DNA of 64,000 bases, taken from positions 3,983 through 67,982 of the forward strand of contig VGUP01000002.1 in NCBI GenBank assembly GCA_016874175.1, given 5' to 3'. The notes beneath the pieces were generated by a model. It was not told where the DNA came from and searched no databases. It saw nothing but the letters and a program-made list of their open reading frames with translations. Source of the DNA: Gammaproteobacteria bacterium (GTDB taxonomy: Bacteria > Pseudomonadota > Gammaproteobacteria > Steroidobacterales > Steroidobacteraceae). How positions within the stretch are numbered: the first letter of the stretch is position 1; every line of letters starts with the position of its first letter. The translations under genes were made by a program, and so were the position numbers. This document shows positions 1 through 8,646 of this stretch, one piece after another.

Positions 1-495
1 GCGACCGTTGTCGCTCAGCCAGGCATCGTCACGCAGCGTGACCGTACCCGCAGTCATTTCATAGGTGATGCTGCCGGCGCGGCCACGCGCGTTCCCGCCA
101 TCGCGCAATTTTTGTTCGAACTCGGCCTGTTTGCCGCGGATGGTGGCGCGCACGATCTGATTGCGCGCAAAGACCACGGTGGCCTCGTCGGAGCGCAGTT
201 CCCCGCCATCGACCAGCACGCGCACCATGCCGCTGAAAGTCCAGGTGGAATCATTAAAGTCGAGACCCGTGGCTCGCGCCCGTTGTGCCGCGACGCGGAC
301 GTTGCCCTGGGTGATCACCACATCGCGGAATAGCAGGGTGTTGCTGCGGTAATCGACTTCGGAGGATGCGGCATCGAGCGTGATGTCGCCGTTGTCGGCG
401 TGACTGCTTGCCGGCCAGCTGGCGAGCAGCAGCGCTGCGCCGAGCACCACCCAGGCCGCGGCTTGCCACCGCAACATGCGGCAGAGCCGCAACAT
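1..495 (-). CDS. lptA: LPS transport periplasmic protein LptA (3'-partial, C-terminus lies left of the window)
   Basis: Not in the ORF track because it runs off the window edge. My translation of the minus strand from ATG 495 gives MLRLCRMLRWQAAAWVVLGAALLLASWPASSHA/DNGDITLDAASSEVDYRSNTLLFRDVVITQGNVRVAAQRA...ATIRGKQAEFEQK...SITYEMTAGTVTLRDDAWLSDNGR. This is a signal peptide followed by OstA/LptA-type repeats. It lies directly downstream of lptC. An alternative ATG is at 477. Confidence 0.85.
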   Translation of the reverse strand, partial: MLRLCRMLRWQAAAWVVLGAALLLASWPASSHADNGDITLDAASSEVDYRSNTLLFRDVVITQGNVRVAAQRARATGLDFNDSTWTFSGMVRVLVDGGELRSDEATVVFARNQIVRATIRGKQAEFEQKLRDGGNARGRAGSITYEMTAGTVTLRDDAWLSDNGR

Positions 496-533
496 TTGGC
501 GGTAGCGGTAAACAAGTTGGATGATCTGCGGCC

Positions 534-1103
534 TCACGGTGTGAAGCGTCCGCGGATGGTCGACTGCAGGCGCACTTGTCCGGTGCGCAGGTTGGCTTCG
601 AGGCCGGTGGCCACGAGCTCGTGACCCTGCAGAGAAACTTTGACGGCGCCCGGTGCGCGCACCCGTGACGACTCGAGATCGTATTGCAGTCGAGCTGTCA
701 CCAGCTGCAAGCCGCCATTGCGCAGTGCTTTGCTCTCGGTGCTGACCGTCACGCCGCCCGAAAGATCAAGTCGTCGTGCATCAGCGGAGAGCAGGCCCTC
801 GGGTGCGCGCACCTGCCAAGGCGCGCCGTCGCGGGCGCCGGTCTCGAAGCGCAGTGCCTGCAAGCTGACTTTGAGCGACTGCGGGTCTTGTTCGAGGCGC
901 TCGGCTTCGAGCCGGTAGCGCGGCAAGCCATCGGCACCCATTTGCACGATGACGGCATCGGTCGCCGAATAGCCCGGATCACGCTCGCCCGCGGGCAAGC
1001 GTGTGGTCGCATCCGGCGTCGCCGGGCTGCAGGCGGCGAGCAGCGTCGCCAGCATCAAGCCCAGCAAAATGTTTGACGACGGGATTTTCGGCGCGAGGCG
1101 CAT
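534..1103 (-). CDS. lptC: LPS export protein LptC (with lipobox LAAC)
   Basis: 189-aa ORF with an LptC-like pattern (LDLSGGVTVS, LQYDLESSRVRAPGAVKV, GLEANLRTGQVRLQSTIRGRF). It sits between kdsD and lptA. The N-terminus is MRLAPKIPSSNILLGLMLATLLAAC. Confidence 0.85.
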   Translation of the reverse strand: MRLAPKIPSSNILLGLMLATLLAACSPATPDATTRLPAGERDPGYSATDAVIVQMGADGLPRYRLEAERLEQDPQSLKVSLQALRFETGARDGAPWQVRAPEGLLSADARRLDLSGGVTVSTESKALRNGGLQLVTARLQYDLESSRVRAPGAVKVSLQGHELVATGLEANLRTGQVRLQSTIRGRFTP

Positions 1104-1118
1104 GCGCGAATCATCCGC

Positions 1119-2141
1119 TCACAGCACGCCACTGCGCAGCAGATCGTGCACATTGAGTGCGCCAACGAGCATGCCATGCTCGTCGACCACCGGCAGCGAG
1201 GTGATGCGGTGGGTTTCCATGAGATGCACGGCCTCGGCGGCGAGTTCGCCCGGTCCGATGCTCTTGCAGGGATGCGTCATCACCTCGCGAATGCGCGCGC
1301 CGTGAATGTCGACGCGGCGATCGAGCGAACGTCGCAAATCACCATCGGTGTATACGCCGATGGCGTGACCCGCAGCATCGACCACTACCGTCATGCCGAG
1401 ACCCTTGCTGGAGATTTCGAGCAGCCCGTCGGCGAGTGCGGTGTCGGGCCCCACGCGCGGTACGGCGGCGCCGCTGCGCATGACATCTTTGACGCGCAGC
1501 AGCAGGCGGCGACCGAGCGCACCACCCGGATGCGAACGCGCAAAATCTTCGGCGGTGAAGCCGCGCGCTTCGAGCAGCGCGACCGCGAGCGCATCACCCA
1601 TGGCGAGGGCTGCGGTGGTACTGGCGGTGGGCGCGAGGTTGAGCGGGCAAGCCTCTTCGGCAACGCCCACATCGAGATGCACTCGCGCTTCGCGCGCGAG
1701 CGTTGATTGTGGATTGCCGGTCAGCGCGATCAGCGGCAGGCCGAGCCGGGTGATCGAAGCGAGCAGGGTGAGCAGTTCAGGCGTTTCGCCGGAGTTCGAG
1801 AGCGCGAGCACCACGTCGTCGCGGGTGATCATGCCGAGATCGCCGTGACTGGCTTCGGCGGGATGCAGAAAGAACGCCGGCGTACCGGTGCTCGCCAGGG
1901 TCGCCGCGATCTTGCCGCCGACGTGACCCGACTTGCCCATGCCGGTGACGACCACACGACCGCGGCAATCGAGACACAGCTGGCAGGCCGCGGCAAAGCC
2001 CTCGTCGATGCGTGCCTCGAGCGCCGCGAGCCCGCGGATTTCGATGCTCAGGGCGCGGCGCCCGGCGGCGATCAGCCGCGGCGCCGCCACTGTCGAGCCG
2101 ACTTGAGCGGCCGATTCGGCCGGGTGCGCAGGAGTCTTCAT
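1119..2141 (-). CDS. kdsD: Arabinose-5-phosphate isomerase KdsD (SIS + 2 CBS domains)
   Basis: 340 aa. SIS motif GMGKSGHVGGKIAATLASTGTPAFFLHPAEASHGDLGM, with C-terminal CBS repeats. Conserved kdsD-lptC-lptA order. Confidence 0.93.
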   Translation of the reverse strand: MKTPAHPAESAAQVGSTVAAPRLIAAGRRALSIEIRGLAALEARIDEGFAAACQLCLDCRGRVVVTGMGKSGHVGGKIAATLASTGTPAFFLHPAEASHGDLGMITRDDVVLALSNSGETPELLTLLASITRLGLPLIALTGNPQSTLAREARVHLDVGVAEEACPLNLAPTASTTAALAMGDALAVALLEARGFTAEDFARSHPGGALGRRLLLRVKDVMRSGAAVPRVGPDTALADGLLEISSKGLGMTVVVDAAGHAIGVYTDGDLRRSLDRRVDIHGARIREVMTHPCKSIGPGELAAEAVHLMETHRITSLPVVDEHGMLVGALNVHDLLRSGVL

Positions 2142-2165
2142 GAGGTGGCATCATAGCGCCCCTGC

Positions 2166-3661
<1,496 letters not shown>

Positions 3662-3703
3662 GCGGGCCCGCGTGAGCAGCGCGGTCTGCGCAGGCTCGCC
3701 TGG

Positions 3704-4930
3704 TCAGCGTGGTCTGACTTGCTGCGGCGCCTCGTCGACCCGCACCCGCGCAGTGCCGCGCTCGCTGCCGCGCTGCACCTCGATGGCCAAGGTTTGTCCG
3801 GGTGAGGTGTCGGCGATCCGCAGTTGTACTTCGCGTGAACTGCGCGTCGTCTGGTCGTCGATCTTGAGAATGATGTCGCCGGGCAGCAGGCCCGCCTGCT
3901 GCGCCGGGCTGCCGCCGGCAATGCGCTTGATACGCGTCACGGCGCCATCGAAGCCCGCCGTCTTGGCGACTTCCGCGTCGATGGTTTCGATGCCGACGCC
4001 GATCCAGCCGCGCAGCACTTTGCCGCGCGTGACGATTTCATTGACGACACCGCGCACCAAATTGACCGGGATCGCGAAGCCGATGCCCTCGACGCCAAGA
4101 CTTTTGGCGATGATCGCCGTGTTCACGCCAATCAATTCACCACGCGTATTGATCAGCGCACCACCGGAATTCCCCGGATTGATGGGCGCATCGGTCTGGA
4201 TGAAATTTTCGAAGGTGGCGATGCCGAGCTGATCGCGGCCGGTGGCGCTGACGATGCCCTGCGTCACGGTCTGCGCGAGGCCGATGGGGTTGCCGATGGC
4301 GAGCACCACATCACCGACGTTGAGCAGATCCGAGCGCCCGAGCCGGATGGCAGGCAAATTGGGCAGGTCGATCTTCAGCAGCGCGAGGTCGGTGTCGGGG
4401 TCGCGCCCGATGATCTCCGCCTGCGCGGAGCGACCGTCGGCGAGTTGCACGCGAATAGTGGTCGCATTGTCTATGACGTGATGGTTGGTGACGATTTGGC
4501 CGGAGTCATCGAGGATGACCCCCGAGCCCAGCGACTGCTCGGTCCGCCGGCGGTAGCGCGGCGCGAATTCACCGAACGGATCATCGAGGAAACTGCGCAG
4601 CACGCGCTCCGTCGCCACCCGCGTGACATACAGGTTGACCACGGCCGGCGCAGCGATTTTCACGGCGCTCGCATAACTCGCGGCACCGCCGTCGCGGACG
4701 ACGGGCGGCGCCACGATGGCGGGCGAGGCCGCGCCGTCTACGGTCGGTACCGGCCCTGCGGGCTCGTCGGCAGCCGGCGAGTCGCTGGTCGGCGACGGTG
4801 CGCTGGCGGTGAGTTCTGCAAGAATCTCCGGTCGCCACAGGTACAAACCCGCCACCGCCAGAAAGGCGAGCGCGAGTCCGCCCACCAGCGACCCGCTCAG
4901 GAAGATGACTGCTTTTTTCCACCCGCTCAT
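3704..4930 (-). CDS. degS: DegS/AlgW-type periplasmic serine endoprotease (TM anchor, trypsin fold, one PDZ)
   Basis: HtrA motifs TNHHV, DLALLK and GNSGGALIN, plus a single C-terminal PDZ. I chose the start MSGWKKAVIFLSG (ATG 4930) because a GAGGA Shine-Dalgarno sequence lies 5 nt upstream. The ORF-track start at 5002 is probably an upstream extension. Confidence 0.85.
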   Translation of the reverse strand: MSGWKKAVIFLSGSLVGGLALAFLAVAGLYLWRPEILAELTASAPSPTSDSPAADEPAGPVPTVDGAASPAIVAPPVVRDGGAASYASAVKIAAPAVVNLYVTRVATERVLRSFLDDPFGEFAPRYRRRTEQSLGSGVILDDSGQIVTNHHVIDNATTIRVQLADGRSAQAEIIGRDPDTDLALLKIDLPNLPAIRLGRSDLLNVGDVVLAIGNPIGLAQTVTQGIVSATGRDQLGIATFENFIQTDAPINPGNSGGALINTRGELIGVNTAIIAKSLGVEGIGFAIPVNLVRGVVNEIVTRGKVLRGWIGVGIETIDAEVAKTAGFDGAVTRIKRIAGGSPAQQAGLLPGDIILKIDDQTTRSSREVQLRIADTSPGQTLAIEVQRGSERGTARVRVDEAPQQVRPR

Positions 4931-4978
4931 CTGGTCCTCGCTGGCACAGCCCGCGGCTCCACAGGAGCACTCGCGTGT

Positions 4979-4984
4979 ATAATG
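4979..4984 (+). promoter_or_regulatory. Candidate -10 hexamer (TATAAT) for petABC
   Basis: A perfect TATAAT sits in the 115-bp divergent degS/petA spacer, about 60 nt upstream of the petA ATG. No convincing -35 element (GGCTCC). Confidence 0.3.
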
Positions 4985-5045
4985 CCGGGCTTCCACGCAC
5001 AACGGATAGCACCCCGACGGAGTGGTCGGGCCGGGAGACTATGGC

Positions 5046-5660
5046 ATGAGCGACCAGAACGCTACCCCCGATGACGCCGACCTCAGTCGGCGCAAATTTC
5101 TGACGGTGGCAACGGCGGGGACCGGTGCGGTCGGTGCCGCATTTACTTTGGTGCCCTTCATCGCTTCCTGGAAGCCCTCCGAACGCGCTCGCGCGCTCGG
5201 AGCGCCGCTCGAGATCGATGTCTCGAAGCTCGAACCCGGCCAAATGATCACCAAGAGCTGGCGCAAGCAGCCGATCTACGTCGTACGCCGTACGCCAGAG
5301 GCCCTCGCCAAACTCGGCGGTCATGACGGCAGCCTCAAAGATCCGAAGTCCGAGGCCTCAGACCAGCCCGCGTACGCCAAGAACGATGCGCGCTCGCTGA
5401 AGCCCGAGGTGCTGGTGCTCTATGCGGCGTGCACCCACCTTGGCTGCCTGCCCAAGCAGTTTTTCACCGTCGCCGATCCGGCGATGGGCGCCGACTGGCC
5501 GGGCGGTTTCTTTTGTCCCTGTCACGGTTCGCGCTTCGATCTCGCGGGTCGCGTCTTCAATGGCTCGCCGGCTTCGGCCAACTTGCGCGTGCCGCCCCAC
5601 AAGTTCGAGTCCGACTCGATGCTCGTCATCGGCGTCGATGCCACCCAAGGAGCTGCCTGA
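5046..5660 (+). CDS. petA: Ubiquinol-cytochrome c reductase Rieske iron-sulfur subunit
   Basis: Tat-type signal (SRRKFLTV) and Rieske boxes CTHLGC and CPCHGS. GGGAG Shine-Dalgarno sequence upstream of ATG 5046. The ORF-track start is 5022. Confidence 0.95.
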   Translation: MSDQNATPDDADLSRRKFLTVATAGTGAVGAAFTLVPFIASWKPSERARALGAPLEIDVSKLEPGQMITKSWRKQPIYVVRRTPEALAKLGGHDGSLKDPKSEASDQPAYAKNDARSLKPEVLVLYAACTHLGCLPKQFFTVADPAMGADWPGGFFCPCHGSRFDLAGRVFNGSPASANLRVPPHKFESDSMLVIGVDATQGAA

Positions 5661-6907
5661 TGGCCGCCTCGACCGATACCACCGCCGGCAAGACCGGCTT
5701 CCGTGCCTGGCTGAACAAGCGTCTGCCGGTCGACGAGTTCGTCGACTCGCAGCTGATCGGCTACTTCGCACCCAAGAACTTCAATCTTTGGTATTTCTTT
5801 GGTTCGCTGGCGCTGCTGGTGTTCGTCATCCAGATCCTGTCGGGCATCTTCCTTACGATGCACTACAAGCCGAGCGAGCTCATGGCCTTCGACTCGGTCG
5901 AATACATCATGCGCGAGGTCGAATGGGGCTGGCTGATCCGCTACCTGCACTCGACCGGCGCGTCGTTCTTTTTCATCGTCGTCTATCTGCACATGTTCCG
6001 TGCGCTGATGTACGGCTCTTACCGTGCGCCGCGCGAACTGTTGTGGATACTCGGCATGCTGCTCTACCTCGCGCTGATGGCCGAAGCCTTCATGGGTTAC
6101 GTGCTGCCTTGGGGCAACATGTCCTACTGGGGTGCGCAGGTGATCGTGAATCTCTTCGGCACCATCCCGGTCATCGGTCCGGGGATCGTCGAATGGATTC
6201 GCGGTGACTACGGCATCGCCGACTCGACGCTGAACCGTTTCTTCGCCTTGCACGTCATCGCCGTGCCGTTCGCGATCGCGTTCCTGATCCCCATGCACCT
6301 CGTGGCGCTGCGGCAGACGGGTTCCAACAACCCGGACGGCATCGAGATCAAAGCCAAGACGGGCACCGATGGCAAGCCGCTCGACGGTATCCCGTTCCAT
6401 CCGTACTACACCGTCAAAGATATCTTCGGTGTGGGCGTGTTCCTGTTGTTCTTCTGCGGCGTGATCTTCTTCGTGCCGACGTTCGGTGGTCTGTTCCTCG
6501 AGAAGCCGAACTTCGAGCCTGCGAATGCGCTGTCGACGCCCGAGCACATCGCGCCGGTGTGGTACTTCACCGCGTTCTACGCGATGTTGCGTGCGGTACC
6601 TGATCAGCAGATGGGTGCCTTGCTCATGCTGCTCGCAATTGTGGTGCTGTTCTTCCCGCCCTGGCTCGACCGCTCGCCAGTGAAGTCGATCCGCTACAAG
6701 GGCTGGATTTCGAAGGTGGCACTCGCGCTGTTTGTGGTGGCGTTTGTGGCGCTGAGCTACCTCGGCCTGCAGCCGGCGGATGGGCTCTACGTCATTCTCG
6801 CCCGCATCTTCACTGCGGTTTACTTCGCGTTCTTCATCCTCATGCCGTGGTACACGAGCATCGAGAAGTGCAAGCCTGCTCCGGAGAGGGTTTCGTACCA
6901 TGCGTAA
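5660..6907 (+). CDS. petB: Cytochrome b (bc1 complex)
   Basis: The true start MAASTDTTAGKTGFRAWLNKRLP overlaps the petA stop (TGATG). Typical cytochrome b helices and His ligands are present (IRYLHSTGASFFF, YVLPWGNMSYWGA). The ORF-track start at 5429 is an upstream extension. Confidence 0.96.
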   Translation: MAASTDTTAGKTGFRAWLNKRLPVDEFVDSQLIGYFAPKNFNLWYFFGSLALLVFVIQILSGIFLTMHYKPSELMAFDSVEYIMREVEWGWLIRYLHSTGASFFFIVVYLHMFRALMYGSYRAPRELLWILGMLLYLALMAEAFMGYVLPWGNMSYWGAQVIVNLFGTIPVIGPGIVEWIRGDYGIADSTLNRFFALHVIAVPFAIAFLIPMHLVALRQTGSNNPDGIEIKAKTGTDGKPLDGIPFHPYYTVKDIFGVGVFLLFFCGVIFFVPTFGGLFLEKPNFEPANALSTPEHIAPVWYFTAFYAMLRAVPDQQMGALLMLLAIVVLFFPPWLDRSPVKSIRYKGWISKVALALFVVAFVALSYLGLQPADGLYVILARIFTAVYFAFFILMPWYTSIEKCKPAPERVSYHA

Positions 6908-7673
6908 GTCCGTTGTCATCGCCGCCCTCGGGCTCACGCTTGCGTTGACGAGCTCGCTCGGCTTCGCGGCCGCTGCCGGTCCGCACGCCGCCTGGATGGA
7001 CTGGAAGCCGGGTAACGACGTCAGCAACGTCGCGTCGCTGCAGCGTGGCGCGGCCAACTTCATGGGCTACTGCGCCGGTTGCCACTCGCTCAAGTACAAC
7101 CGCTACTCGCGCGTCGCCGCCGATCTCAACATTCCGGAGGAGCAGATGGAAAAACTGCTGCTGTTGCCGGGTGCCAAGAAGGGCGACTACATGATCTCGC
7201 CGATGCAGGCCGTCGATGGCGAGGCTTGGTTCGGCAAGGCGCCGCCCGATCTCTCGCTGATCACGCGCGCCAAGGGTTCGGAGTACGTCTTCCAATTTTT
7301 GAAGACGTTCTACGTCGATCCGCAGCACCCGAATGGCACCAACAATCTCGCGCTGCCCGGTACGGCCATGCCGCACGTGTTGTCGGCGCTGCAGGGCCTG
7401 CAGGAAGCCAAGTTCGAGACCATCGAGAAAACCGTCGACGGCGCCAAGGTCAGCGAATCGCACTGGCAGTCGTTCGAACTCGCTGCGCCGGGGCAACTCT
7501 CGGCCGAAGAGTACGACGCGTTCCTGCGCGATACGGTCAACTTCCTCGAGTACGCGGGCGAGCCCCAGAAGGCCAAGCGGCAAGGGCTCGGCGTGTGGGT
7601 GATCCTGTTCCTGCTCGTGTTCACGGGCTTCGCGTATCTGCTCAAGCTCGAATACTGGAAGGACGTCAAATAA
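6900..7673 (+). CDS. petC: Cytochrome c1
   Basis: MRKSVVIAALGLTLALTSSLGFAAA signal peptide, CAGCHS heme-binding motif and a C-terminal TM anchor. Overlaps the petB stop by 8 nt. Confidence 0.94.
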   Translation: MRKSVVIAALGLTLALTSSLGFAAAAGPHAAWMDWKPGNDVSNVASLQRGAANFMGYCAGCHSLKYNRYSRVAADLNIPEEQMEKLLLLPGAKKGDYMISPMQAVDGEAWFGKAPPDLSLITRAKGSEYVFQFLKTFYVDPQHPNGTNNLALPGTAMPHVLSALQGLQEAKFETIEKTVDGAKVSESHWQSFELAAPGQLSAEEYDAFLRDTVNFLEYAGEPQKAKRQGLGVWVILFLLVFTGFAYLLKLEYWKDVK

Positions 7674-7675
7674 GC

Positions 7676-8143
7676 TTGAGCGCCAGCCGCATTCCACGAC
7701 GCCCGTATTTGCTACGGGCGATGCATCAGTGGATGACGGAGAGCGGGCTCACGCCGCACTTGATCGTCGATGCCGCGCAAGAGGGTGTCGAGGTGCCGCG
7801 TGAGCACATCCGCGAGGGGCGTATCGTGCTCAACGTCAGTTATGACGCGACGCGCCATCTCGATCTCGGCAACGACTGGGTAATCTTTGAGGCGCGATTC
7901 GGTGGCGTGCCGCGCCAGCTGCGCTTTCCGAACGCGGCAGTGCTCAGCATCTATGCGCGCGAGACGGGCGAGGGGCTGATGTTCCCGGCCGAAGACGACG
8001 CGCCGCCACCCGCCCCGCCATCACCCACCGATCCTGCACCCGGGCCGCTCGTTCCCGATCGCGGTTTGCCGAGCGGCGGCGCCGGAGCAGCGCCTGCGGC
8101 GGGCGCGCGGCCGAAGCGTCCGAGCCTCAAAGTTGTCAAATAA
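7676..8143 (+). CDS. sspB: ClpXP adaptor / stringent starvation protein B
   Basis: RRPYLLRAMHQWMTESGLTPHLIVD...IVLNVSYDATRHL matches the SspB N-domain. The Pro/Ala-rich linker ends in a ClpX-binding-like tail, RPSLKVVK. The only in-frame start that keeps the conserved N-terminus is TTG 7676, 2 nt after the petC stop. Confidence 0.85.
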   Translation: MSASRIPRRPYLLRAMHQWMTESGLTPHLIVDAAQEGVEVPREHIREGRIVLNVSYDATRHLDLGNDWVIFEARFGGVPRQLRFPNAAVLSIYARETGEGLMFPAEDDAPPPAPPSPTDPAPGPLVPDRGLPSGGAGAAPAAGARPKRPSLKVVK

Positions 8144-8146
8144 CGA

Positions 8147-8167
8147 CGCGCCAGAGATGGTGGCGCG
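8147..8167. terminator. Weak hairpin between convergent sspB and yraN
   Basis: CGCGCCA-gagatgg-TGGCGCG, a 7-bp stem. There is no U-tract on either side. Confidence 0.25.
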
Positions 8168-8190
8168 GCAAAGATAACAGTTCGTTCCCG

Positions 8191-8646
8191 TCAGCCTGGC
8201 GCCTCAAAGGCGTGTCGCAGCCAACCGACATCCCAAGCGGGGGAGCCGTCGGTCGCCAGCGTAGGCGACAGCGCGATGACGTCGAAGCGCACCGGGTGGC
8301 GCGCGAGATCGCCTCGTTGCTGCAGCAATTGTCTGGCCGCGTGAATCACCCGGCGTTGCTTGCAGCGGTTGACGCTGGCAGCGCCGCCACCGTGACGGGT
8401 AGTTGAACGCAAGCGCACTTCGACGATCAGCACCACGCTGCGATGCAGGGCGACGATATCGAGCTCGCCCCGCCGGCGTCGGTAGTTGCGCAGCACGATC
8501 GCGGCGTCCGCAGCGAGCAAATGCGCCGCAGCCAAATCTTCGGCCTCGCGGCCAAGGCATAGATGGCGAGCCGGGCGCGCCCCCGGATGGCGCGAAGCCG
8601 ATGCCGGCGGGGGCGACTCAGTCACCGCCGCTCTGCGTGCGGGCAT
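8191..8646 (-). CDS. yraN: YraN-family (UPF0102) endonuclease-like protein
   Basis: The C-terminal about 120 aa (LGREAEDLAAAHLL...YRRRRGELDIVAL...IVEVRLRS...CKQRRVIHAARQLL...VRFDVIAL) matches the YraN pattern. It follows lpoA as in the lpoA-yraN operon. The start is uncertain (ATG 8646 or 8652, overlapping the lpoA 3' end). Confidence 0.75.
   Translation of the reverse strand: MPARRAAVTESPPPASASRHPGARPARHLCLGREAEDLAAAHLLAADAAIVLRNYRRRRGELDIVALHRSVVLIVEVRLRSTTRHGGGAASVNRCKQRRVIHAARQLLQQRGDLARHPVRFDVIALSPTLATDGSPAWDVGWLRHAFEAPG

Noticed and set aside
3663-3672. GCGGGCCCGC palindrome between convergent murA and degS as a terminator
   Set aside because: It is too short to form a stable hairpin with a loop, and there is no U-tract on either strand.
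4943-4960. TGGCAC as the -24 element of a sigma54 promoter upstream of petA
   Set aside because: The -12 element is missing at the required spacing: TGGCAC-AGCCC-GCGG instead of TGGCAC-N5-TTGC.
5522-7063. 513-aa ORF antisense to petB/petC
   Set aside because: It is a shadow ORF. In G+C-rich genes the frame antisense to the real codons rarely contains stop codons. The translated product is an Arg/His/Asp/Glu-rich low-complexity string with no recognisable motifs, whereas the sense strand encodes unmistakable cytochrome b and c1.
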